Below, in pieces: positions 39,913 through 48,696 of a stretch of DNA of 64,000 bases. Source of the stretch: Spirochaetia bacterium (GTDB taxonomy: Bacteria > Spirochaetota > Spirochaetia > CADAEX01). The notes under the pieces were generated by a model. It did not search any database. It was not told the DNA's origin and worked only from the letters and a program-made list of their open reading frames with translations. The stretch spans positions 64,001 to 128,000 of the forward strand of contig CAXXHA010000013.1 of assembly GCA_963662265.2 (NCBI GenBank), written 5' to 3'. The position numbers were made by a program, and so were the translations under genes. Each line of letters opens with the position of its first letter. The stretch's first letter is position 1.

Positions 39913-41505
39913 CTATTTCCAGATTTCCCTGTATGTGTGAGGTTTCTCACAGTATTTACATACAAGTTTATCGCTCCCCATTCTTGTAAATACCGCAGCG
40001 ATACCCTCTCCATGGGACTCGTGACTTATACAGTCCTTGTTTTTGCATCCTATATTCGGGAAGTTGTAAATCCTGGGAGGCATCTCAAGCCTCAGTTTTT
40101 TTATCACTTTCCTCTCCTCAATCACATTGAGCGTGCATCCCGGGGCAAGAGCGGCAAGCTGCTTCTTTTTCTTTGTGCCGGGTTCCTTTTCACCCGGTCT
40201 GAATACAATGCCTTTCATTTTGCTTGTATCAGTCCTTGAGTAGCAGAGCCATTCACCCCCCTTGCCGTAGAGTTCGAGAACCTTGATTATTCTTGAAAGC
40301 TGTTCCCTTATTTCCTGTTCATTTTCCCCTTTGCAGATATGGTCAATTACTATTCCGTTTGATATGGGTTTTATCCCTTCCGCATATTCCTTTATAGTAC
40401 TTTTCTCAGTTATCTCGAGAGGTATGATAAAATCATCATTAAACGGCAGATCAGTCACCGGAGCCCTGCTTTCTGATGGTTTGAAATCATCCCCGATTAT
40501 TCCGGCAGTAAGTCCTAGAAGTATTATTCTTATAATACGTCCGTTTATTGACTGCTGTTCCCACCCGTTAAGAGATGTTTTGTCAAGGTAGGTAGGTATT
40601 GTTGGATGATGCTTGTGCCTGGGGAGCGGATGGTAGAAGAGTGTTCCCTCAGGAATCTTTTCAATAAATTCCTTTTTAAAGGTTATTTTTCCCCTAAGTT
40701 CATCCTGTCTTTTAAGTATTTCATCACCCATTCTTTCAAGCTGGGGTCTTGTGAAGTACCAGACAGGAGCTATGCTGTTTTTTTCTATATATTCCTCGAT
40801 TGAATCGAATATTGTAACCTCATATCCGTTATCCTTCATCTTGTCGATATAGTAATCCGGCATCATCAGTTCAGGAGGCGCAATCAGGTCTGCCTTTACT
40901 TTTTTGAATATTTTGAGCCCTTCAACTTTTGAATGGACTGTTCTTCCGTGGAAAAGGTCTCCTACAAGCGCTATGTGAAGTGAATCCCTGTTCCAGTTGT
41001 TGTGTTCCAGAAATGTGAAATCATCAAGAAGCTCCTGGGTAGGGTGTTCATGCTTGCCGTCTCCCGCATTGATAAATGCAGGCGGAACTGCAAGGTCGTT
41101 TCTTTCGGCAAACTTTTTCCCGTTTTCCTCAAGCCATCTGCAGAGCCCTTCATGCTTGCTTCTTACTATATAAACAGAATTGTCATATCCGCATAGAGTA
41201 TTAAATGTATCAGCAAAACTTTCACTCTTGTTTATTGAAGAACTTCCGGTGTCCAGGTTACTCAGCTTTACTCTGTGGAATTCCGCCGCATTTTTAAATG
41301 ATTCTTTTGTTCTTGTTGAATCTTCGATAAATACTTCATATACACCGAAATCGCTGTCATTGATTCTGAATTTTTCAAGTCCTTCCTTGTCATTTTCCTT
41401 AAGCAGTTTTTTCAGTTCTTTTCCCTTTTCAAAAAGGTACAGTCTTTCTTCAATACTTAGGTCGTTGATTACTGCCAGTGTTCTTCCTGTAAACAGGTTT
41501 CCCAT
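39913..41505 (-). CDS. pyrBI: Fused aspartate carbamoyltransferase catalytic/regulatory subunits
   Basis: STRT, HPTQ and HPLP catalytic motifs; GIVIDHI and C-x4-C...C-x2-C zinc domain of PyrI in the same ORF. Confidence 0.93.
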   Translation of the reverse strand: MGNLFTGRTLAVINDLSIEERLYLFEKGKELKKLLKENDKEGLEKFRINDSDFGVYEVFIEDSTRTKESFKNAAEFHRVKLSNLDTGSSSINKSESFADTFNTLCGYDNSVYIVRSKHEGLCRWLEENGKKFAERNDLAVPPAFINAGDGKHEHPTQELLDDFTFLEHNNWNRDSLHIALVGDLFHGRTVHSKVEGLKIFKKVKADLIAPPELMMPDYYIDKMKDNGYEVTIFDSIEEYIEKNSIAPVWYFTRPQLERMGDEILKRQDELRGKITFKKEFIEKIPEGTLFYHPLPRHKHHPTIPTYLDKTSLNGWEQQSINGRIIRIILLGLTAGIIGDDFKPSESRAPVTDLPFNDDFIIPLEITEKSTIKEYAEGIKPISNGIVIDHICKGENEQEIREQLSRIIKVLELYGKGGEWLCYSRTDTSKMKGIVFRPGEKEPGTKKKKQLAALAPGCTLNVIEERKVIKKLRLEMPPRIYNFPNIGCKNKDCISHESHGEGIAAVFTRMGSDKLVCKYCEKPHTYREIWK

Positions 41506-41523
41506 TTTATACTCCTGATAATT

Positions 41524-41737
41524 TTATTCGCAGGGCGGGTTTAAAACCCCGCAGCTTGCTGCGTATTTTTGATATTTCACTGTATGGATGGATAGTTCAT
41601 TGTGCCGGAAGGGTATTACCCCTGTTACAGCCGGGGGTATTAGACCCGCCATACAATCAATACCGTAAAGACCAACATACCCGCTGCCTGTAAAAATCCA
41701 GTATCCACCGGAACTGGTGACAAGGGGGTTGTTGATT
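41524..41737 (+). repeat. MITE/REP-like element, most intact copy (3)
   Basis: TTATTCGCAGGGCGGGTTTAAAACCCCGCAGCTTGCTGCG ... GGGGTATTAGACCCGCC ... GGGGGTTGTTGATT; internal palindromes; homologous to 12639-12834 and 18469-18549. Confidence 0.72.
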
Positions 41738-41903
41738 CTGCCGGATTCGAGTTTGATTCATGCTGCCTGATATTCACTGATTATTTTTAATCAGAAGAAA
41801 TTTTAAAGTTCTTTATCCCTGATCAATGTTTTTAAACTGTCTTTTTCAGCTGTTCATGGAATAAGCTGCAGACTCTTTATCCGTTTAAAGTGACTGAAAG
41901 AGC

Positions 41904-41934
41904 AAAAAAAATGCCGGCAATTAATGCCGACATT
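41904..41934 (-). terminator. Intrinsic terminator or attenuator in the pyrBI upstream region
   Basis: Minus strand AATGTCGGCA-TTAAT-TGCCGGCATT followed by a U-run; the G-U wobble fits minus-strand RNA. Confidence 0.75.
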
Positions 41935-41995
41935 ATTTTATGTAAATAACTAAAAAATATCTGTGTTTTCCTTTAATTTCTGCTCTTCTAATCAT
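41933..41995 (-). CDS. Putative 20-aa pyrBI leader peptide MIRRAEIKGKHRYFLVIYIK
   Basis: Short ORF just downstream of TTGCTT-17-TAATAT; its stop codon overlaps the terminator stem. Confidence 0.4.
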   Translation of the reverse strand: MIRRAEIKGKHRYFLVIYIK

Positions 41996-42228
41996 ATTAT
42001 AAAATATATTAACCGACCGGTGAAAAAAAAGCAATAATCTGTCAGGGGAAATTAATCCAACAGGGCTTCTGAAAGGCTTTCATGTCAACCTTGATATACC
42101 ATCCGGGGTAATTGCCGCCTGTAAGCCGGGATATTGGTGAATTGCAGAGGAATTTAAATGCCTTTTCTCCTGATACTGGGATGATAGCAGCAATATGCAC
42201 AGAAGGCGCCTGTTGCAGGCTTCAGCCG

Positions 42229-44225
42229 CTACAGCCTGCAGCATGTAAATATTTTCCTGGCATCAGCTTTCAGAGTCTCTGCAAAGACTGATCTGTCTGA
42301 TATTTCCTTTTCAATGCTGTCAAGTATATCATAGTACAGGTCCCATCCCTTTTTCTCAGCCTCATACCTTGCAGCAAGTTTTTCCCTGTTTCTGAAAAGC
42401 TTTAAAGCGGAAGTCAGTCTTTCTGCAGCTGAATTTACCAGGTTTTCAAGATATGCTTTCTTTTCCTCCTCCGGTTTGTCCTTTTTCAGTTCATCGCTTA
42501 TATGCATCAGGAGCTTGAAAAGAACAAGCGATACAGGAATCCTGCTTATGAAACTCCCGGTAAACGGATCTGTTTCCTCCTTTATACTGTCAAAATCACC
42601 TTCCACAATATCTGAATATGATGAAAATGCCAGAATTCTCACGAGGTCGCCGATATATGTCCCTGTTTTTGCGGATTTTATCGCATCAGAGATGAACGCT
42701 TCCTTGTCATGCCTCATCTTAAGGCCGGGCTGGTGGAGGTATCTGAGGTATTCAGGATGCGAGCTTTTGAAAAGTACTGATAGTATATAGCCCTGGTCTT
42801 CCGCCCTCCCTATGAATGTTGGGGTGAATGGCCTGTATTTTCTTAAGTCTTTTATCAGTATCCCGTTTGTTCCCCCTGTCACATGATAACGCATCTGGCA
42901 GAGATCTTCCCTGCTGTATTCCCGCACATCCATTTCCGCTTCTGTCGAAAGGGCCATTGGATACTGCTTGAAGAATACTTTCTCCTCGCCGTCCGGTTTC
43001 CTTTCAGGATACGGTACATCAGTTTCAAACAGGGATTTTCCTATGTCTTTCTCATTGACAAGAGAACCGGCTATCATTCCAAGTTCAATTTTTCTCCCTT
43101 TCCAGTCAATACCTTCCGCCCCCCACATGGGAGTCATGAAATGTTCAAAAGCGGATTTGCCTGTCTGCAGAGTAAGTTCCTTTTCCGGAAATACCTGGTC
43201 AAGGTCGATTTTGAATGTTCCTTTTTCTCACTGTCAGAAAGGATCTGCCAGAGGGGCGCTATTGCTTTCAGAAAGGAGTAATGCCTTCCGTATTCACCGT
43301 CAACACCGAAAACTTCATTCAAGGCTCTGTCAGGTTTCAACCCTGATTTTTCTGCTGCAGGCAGAAGGAGATTTTTTATTATTTCTTCTGTATCGTTTTC
43401 AGTAAAAATATATATATCAAGATTTTTGAAATCCGAGGCTTTTTTCAGTTCCTCCTCCATGTATCTGTGTAGAATATTTTTTATTCTGCCGTGAGTTACT
43501 GAGACTGAAATAATTACAGTCAGCCTTGAGTTTTCCGGACATTTCCCGTTAACTTTTTCATATTCAAGCGTTTCTGAAAGATTTTTAAGCCCGTAAATCA
43601 GCTCATTGTTTTCATTGGGTATTCCAATCGGTACAGGGTGGTCAAACCAGTAATCCTGAGAGTCCTTCATTATTGATCTTATTTCTCTTTTAAGGTCCCG
43701 GGAAAGATCAGCCTTTTCAAGCATTCTGCCGGATATTGGAACAGTTAGAATCAGGTTTGATGTGAAAACAATCTCTTTCGCAGGATCTCTTACAGGATTG
43801 CTGTTAAGGCTTTTGATTTTTACTTTTCTCCTTTTTCTCAGTTCCTCTATCCCTCTTTCCCTGTCCTCCGGGAAGAAATCTGCCTCCGGATGAAGCAGTT
43901 TCAGTATTAATCTGTCCTTTTCCTGTCTGTCTGTTTTGTTTTCAGGGGAAAATGTTTCTGATATTTCTTTTTCTTTATCCTGTCCTTCTGCCCTGAACAG
44001 GGATTCGAATTCCTTTACCGATTCAACAGATGCCTTTATAAAAAAATTATTTATATCACTGCTTTCCTCAGAATTCTCCTCAGCAGCCTCATTTTCCTTC
44101 GCCTGGAGAGGTCGTTCCCCCTTCAGTATGCTGAGTGCATTATTAATTTCCTCGAAAAAAGGATAATTTTTCCTTTTATAAAGATCTGAAAAAAGATATT
44201 CTGTTATTGCTTTCAAACTATTCAT
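42229..44225 (-). CDS. Large hypothetical protein (~665 aa), possibly GT-A-fold, with one apparent frameshift
   Basis: ORFs 43134-44225 and 42229-43137 join when one A is added to the run at 43222-43226, giving ...EKKGTFKIDLDQVFPEKEL...FEHFMTPMWG. Confidence 0.7.
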
Positions 44226-44360
44226 AATTATCTCCGGACTTTTTTAATTGTAGTTCATATATCCTGTGCGGTAAATAAATTTGACTTATATCGAAGCAGA
44301 ATAATAGAATTATTAAAGCAGACATTTTTTTGTCTGAATAATACTTATCGGAGGATATTG

Positions 44361-44609
44361 ATGGAATACAGACTTGTGCTTGTTAAAGTCGACCAGAGAA
44401 CAGATTCTGCTGAAATGGTGCAGAAAATACTGACAGATTTCGGATGCAGCATAAAGGTGAGGCTGGGGCTGCATGATGTGCCCTGTAATTCATGTTCACC
44501 TTCAGGGCTTATTTTTTTGCAGGTATCAGGGGATGATGAACCTGTAAAGGAGATGATTACTGAACTGAATAACCTGGACAATGTGACAGCAAAATATGTG
44601 ACTGTGTAG
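44361..44609 (+). CDS. Small ACT/ferredoxin-like-fold protein, TM1266-like (iron-only hydrogenase system regulator family)
   Basis: VQKILTDFGCSIKVRLGLH...GLIFLQVSG...V.AK pattern; GGAGG RBS. Confidence 0.6.
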   Translation: MEYRLVLVKVDQRTDSAEMVQKILTDFGCSIKVRLGLHDVPCNSCSPSGLIFLQVSGDDEPVKEMITELNNLDNVTAKYVTV

Positions 44610-44747
44610 TCTGTATTGCTGCAGCTGTATCAGGGATCTGAAATCAGCATGAATATACCTGAATGATAAATTTTGTATTGAATTTTATAAAGATGTTCTG
44701 CCGATAAGGGAAGTGTATAATTTTAATAAGAGGCTTTTAAATACGTT

Positions 44748-46433
44748 ATGATGTTTGATCCTGAATCCCTTTACAAACATGCTCTCTATATACAGGAAAA
44801 GTATGATGATAATCCTGTATATATTGTGAATTACCTCAGTGAACTCCTCAAAAACAATCTGACAGCTGATTCAGACAACACTTATATTGAAAAAACCAGG
44901 AAAATAATACTTGATTATACATCTTCTGCAGATTCAGGAAATACAGCACCAGGCAGCGACAGTAATGTTGATCTTGAAGAGGCGCTTGAGAAGGCTTCAA
45001 GAGAGATTAAATTCAGAAGAGAGATTGAGGAATATTATCTCCCGAAGCAGCTTGTAAATGCGATTATGGAACTGGGACATATTCCTGAAAAGTCAATTGA
45101 AACAAACATTGGAATTGCCTTTATAGACCTTGTAGATTATTCATATATTTCCAAATTTCTTAGCCCTATGGAAAACCAGTCTGTGCTTAACGGGCTTTTT
45201 TCCGCATTCAACTGGATACTGCAGAGACATTCAGGTTATCTCAACAAGATTGAAGGCGACAGCATGATGTTCCACTTCGGCGGGCTGACTGATCCTGTAA
45301 CCCGGAATATGGAGGACAGAGAAGGGCAGCTGTATATAGCCAAGGAACTTTTTCATACATGCGTTGAGATGCAGAGGGCATGTTTTCTTTTCAACCAGGC
45401 AGATGACAGTTTTCTTGAAGGGGAAGTCAGCGAGGAAACAACAGAAGCAATTAAAAAGGCTTTTGATATAATAAGCAACCTGAGAAACAGTTTTGAACTG
45501 TCCTATTCCATGAATGCCCTTTTTCAGATAAGGATAAGAATCGGTGCAAATATCGGTGATGTTACTCTGGGTAATTTCGGGCCGGACGGCGCCAAGCAAT
45601 GGGATGTAATAGGTCTACCTGTTATTGAAGCAAAAAGAATGGAATCAACAGCTCCTATAGGCGGTTTAAGGATATCAAAGAAATACTATGATCTTCTCAA
45701 GGAGACTGGAATTGTAGACGGTTATTATAACCAGTTCAAGCAGGATGCCCAGATTCAGATGGGGTATTTCAAGGATATTTCCCTTGATGAGCTTTTCAGT
45801 TACAAGAAGGTTATGCTTAAGGATAAGAAAAATGCAGTCTTTGAAAGCTACAGTGTCCAGGTTAACCCGGCCCTTCCCGAAGCTCTGTCTGCCCAGGTAA
45901 GAATATTCCTTACAAAAGGTGTTACCGGGATAGATAGAATTATTGAACTGCTGGAGTACTACAGGGGTAATAAATTTGTCATAAGCGCAATTGAATCTGT
46001 TTTTATTCAGAAAGGGCTTCATATAAGGAAGGAAGAGATTCTCAAGACAATGTATCCTGAGAAATACCAGATATTTCTTGAAAAACTTGGCCTTGATGAA
46101 GACAAGGTGAAAATGTTTATCAGGGAAACATACAGCCTTTTTGATCTTTTCTGCAAGCTCGGCTCTTATCAGGACAGAATCAATGCCATACCCAACAACG
46201 ATTTTGATACATCGGGTTTCATGAATTATTCACAGTATTTCGACAACAGCCAGAAGACAATACTTGATTTCTTTGATGAGAAAAAACTCTCTGTTTTCTA
46301 CAGAACATTTTTCTATGATATGCTTTATCCCTCCTTTTTCCTTCATATAAGGGCCAGCATCTATGAATATCTTTCTGAAAATGAACTTGATGAAGATATT
46401 GAAGAAGTGGAAGAAGTTCTGGAAGAAATCTGA
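44748..46433 (+). CDS. Class III adenylate/guanylate cyclase domain protein
   Basis: FIDLVDYS, KIEGDSMM, RIRIGANIG and WDVIG..V..AKRMES motifs. Confidence 0.85.
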   Translation: MMFDPESLYKHALYIQEKYDDNPVYIVNYLSELLKNNLTADSDNTYIEKTRKIILDYTSSADSGNTAPGSDSNVDLEEALEKASREIKFRREIEEYYLPKQLVNAIMELGHIPEKSIETNIGIAFIDLVDYSYISKFLSPMENQSVLNGLFSAFNWILQRHSGYLNKIEGDSMMFHFGGLTDPVTRNMEDREGQLYIAKELFHTCVEMQRACFLFNQADDSFLEGEVSEETTEAIKKAFDIISNLRNSFELSYSMNALFQIRIRIGANIGDVTLGNFGPDGAKQWDVIGLPVIEAKRMESTAPIGGLRISKKYYDLLKETGIVDGYYNQFKQDAQIQMGYFKDISLDELFSYKKVMLKDKKNAVFESYSVQVNPALPEALSAQVRIFLTKGVTGIDRIIELLEYYRGNKFVISAIESVFIQKGLHIRKEEILKTMYPEKYQIFLEKLGLDEDKVKMFIRETYSLFDLFCKLGSYQDRINAIPNNDFDTSGFMNYSQYFDNSQKTILDFFDEKKLSVFYRTFFYDMLYPSFFLHIRASIYEYLSENELDEDIEEVEEVLEEI

Positions 46434-46654
46434 AATTTTTTTACATGTAAATTCCTCTCTTGACTTTTCATTATAACATGTGATATTTTTCCGCGCCTAA
46501 TTTACAGAGTACAGAAATCCTGCCGTTGAAAAAGCTTTTCACTTGCGGAAACAAAGGAAGTACTCTATTATTTTTAGTTTTATAGGCATGCAGAATGTGC
46601 ATATTGTTTCATTTTTGCGGCGCTCAGCTGCTCTTTAAATGGAGGAAGTAAAAA

Positions 46655-47581
46655 ATGGCAAATTGTTTTTTATATCCCGGTCAGGGGGCCCAGTACCCCG
46701 GTATGGGAAAAGATCTATGGGAAAAAAGTGAAGAAGTAAAAAAACTTTTTAAAACTGCTTCAGAAAGCACTTCAATGGACCTTGAAAAACTCCTGTTTGA
46801 AGGAACAGCTGAGGATCTCAAGGCTACTGACAAGACACAGGTTGCAATAACTCTTGTGAATGTTGCATCTGCTCTTCTTTTAAGGGAAAAGGGTATTGTC
46901 AGTGATGTGGCAGCAGGTTTCAGCCTTGGAGAAGTTTCAGCTCTCTGGGATGCCGGAATTATCTCATCAGAGGACCTTTTTCCGCTTGTAAGGGAGAGAG
47001 GTAAAATAATGGAGAAAGTAAGCAGATCTCTTGATACTCCTGAAGGATCACCTGGTATGGCTGCTGTAATCGGAATGGATTATGACAAGGTAGACAGCAT
47101 TATTAAAGGCGAAAAACTCGATGAACTTTTTATTGCAAACTACAACAGCCCGGTGCAGATAGTTCTTTCAGGTACTGACAGCGCACTCAATGCAGGTGAA
47201 AGTATTTTCAAAGAGAACGGCGCAAGAAGGTTTATAAGGCTTAAAGTCTCAGGACCGTTTCACTGCCCTCTCATGAAAGATGCTGAAACAGAGTATGCCG
47301 AAGTTCTTAAAGGTTTTAATTTCAACGATCCTGTAAAGAAGGTTTTTTCAAATGTTACGGGAGCTGAGATTAAATCCGGGGAAGAGGCTAAAGAGCTGTG
47401 TGCAAAACAGCTTACATCAGGAGTTCTCTGGGTTAAAGAGGAAAAAGCGCTTCTTGAACTTGGTATTGAAAAATGCCTGGAAGTTGGACCCGGTAATGTA
47501 CTCGGAGGCCTTTGGAAGGCTGTCGGGGGAGATATTAAATGTCTGCCCGCAGGAACTGCTGAAGCTGTAGATGCTGTCTAG
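46655..47581 (+). CDS. fabD: Malonyl-CoA:ACP transacylase
   Basis: PGQGAQ, GFSLGE, NYNSP.Q, VSGPFH and EVGPG motifs. Confidence 0.95.
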   Translation: MANCFLYPGQGAQYPGMGKDLWEKSEEVKKLFKTASESTSMDLEKLLFEGTAEDLKATDKTQVAITLVNVASALLLREKGIVSDVAAGFSLGEVSALWDAGIISSEDLFPLVRERGKIMEKVSRSLDTPEGSPGMAAVIGMDYDKVDSIIKGEKLDELFIANYNSPVQIVLSGTDSALNAGESIFKENGARRFIRLKVSGPFHCPLMKDAETEYAEVLKGFNFNDPVKKVFSNVTGAEIKSGEEAKELCAKQLTSGVLWVKEEKALLELGIEKCLEVGPGNVLGGLWKAVGGDIKCLPAGTAEAVDAV

Positions 47582-47942
47582 CATTAAAAAAGAAATACAG
47601 GGCTGTCTGCCTCCTGTCTCCGGTAAACTTCCGGATCTGCAGACTGCTTAAACTGTAATTTGTAATATCTTGCAGCCGGTATGTGTACTGGCTGCATCTT
47701 GTTATAACAACGAGAACCAGGTTTGTTTACCGGCTGTTTTTCAGCTGTTGAATATTTTCAGGAAGATAAAATCATCTTTTCATATGAGAAGATAGATAAT
47801 GCTGTACTGCATGGAAAATCTTCAGATTGAAAATGTACAGGGATATGCCTGGTTTTCCGGGATAAATAATCATGAGTAATCCGGTCATGCATTGAATTGG
47901 ATGTGTTATTTAATAGGTGATCCGGGTAAAAGGAGAATAGAA

Positions 47943-48686
47943 ATGTTACTAGAAGGAAAAAAAGCTTTTGTGACTGGCGGTGCCAGAGGAATCGGAAGGG
48001 AAATTGTTCTTAAATTCCTTTCAAACGGCGCAACTGTTTATTTTAATGATATAAACGAAAGCGAGTATATGGGTGAATACCAGGAACTTGCTGCAAAAAA
48101 TAACTGCGAAGTGTTTTTCAAAAAAGCAAATGTTGCAGATGAAGCTGAAATTACAGCTGTTGTTGAGGAAGTACTTGCAGAGAGCGGCGGAATCGATATT
48201 GTCGTAAACAATGCAGGTATTACAAGAGACGGTCTTCTCATGAGAATGAAAGCGCAGGACTGGGATGATGTAATCAAAATCAACCTTACAAGTGCTTTCT
48301 ATATCAGCAAAGCTTTTTCAAGAGCCATGCTCAAGCAGAAATCAGGCTCAATCATCAATGTTGCTTCTATCGTAGGTGTTATCGGAAACGCAGGACAGTG
48401 TAATTACTCAGCTTCAAAGGCAGGTCTTATCGGGTTCAGCAAGAGCCTTGCAAGGGAAGTTGCTTCACGAGGCGTAAGAGTAAATGCTGTTGCTCCCGGT
48501 TTTATTCAGACTCCAATGACAGACAAGCTTAACGAAGACCAGAAAAATGCGCTTTACAGCCAGATCCCGCTCAACAGACTCGGGGTTCCTGAAGAAGTTG
48601 CTAAAGTTATCCTTTTTCTCGCGTCAGATCTTTCGTCATATGTTACCGGTCAGGTAATTAATATTGACGGCGGAATGGGAATGTAA
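47943..48686 (+). CDS. fabG: 3-oxoacyl-ACP reductase
   Basis: TGGARGIG, NNAGITRD and YSASK motifs; AGGAG RBS before ATG 47943. Confidence 0.95.
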   Translation: MLLEGKKAFVTGGARGIGREIVLKFLSNGATVYFNDINESEYMGEYQELAAKNNCEVFFKKANVADEAEITAVVEEVLAESGGIDIVVNNAGITRDGLLMRMKAQDWDDVIKINLTSAFYISKAFSRAMLKQKSGSIINVASIVGVIGNAGQCNYSASKAGLIGFSKSLAREVASRGVRVNAVAPGFIQTPMTDKLNEDQKNALYSQIPLNRLGVPEEVAKVILFLASDLSSYVTGQVINIDGGMGM

Positions 48687-48696
48687 AAGAGGTTTT

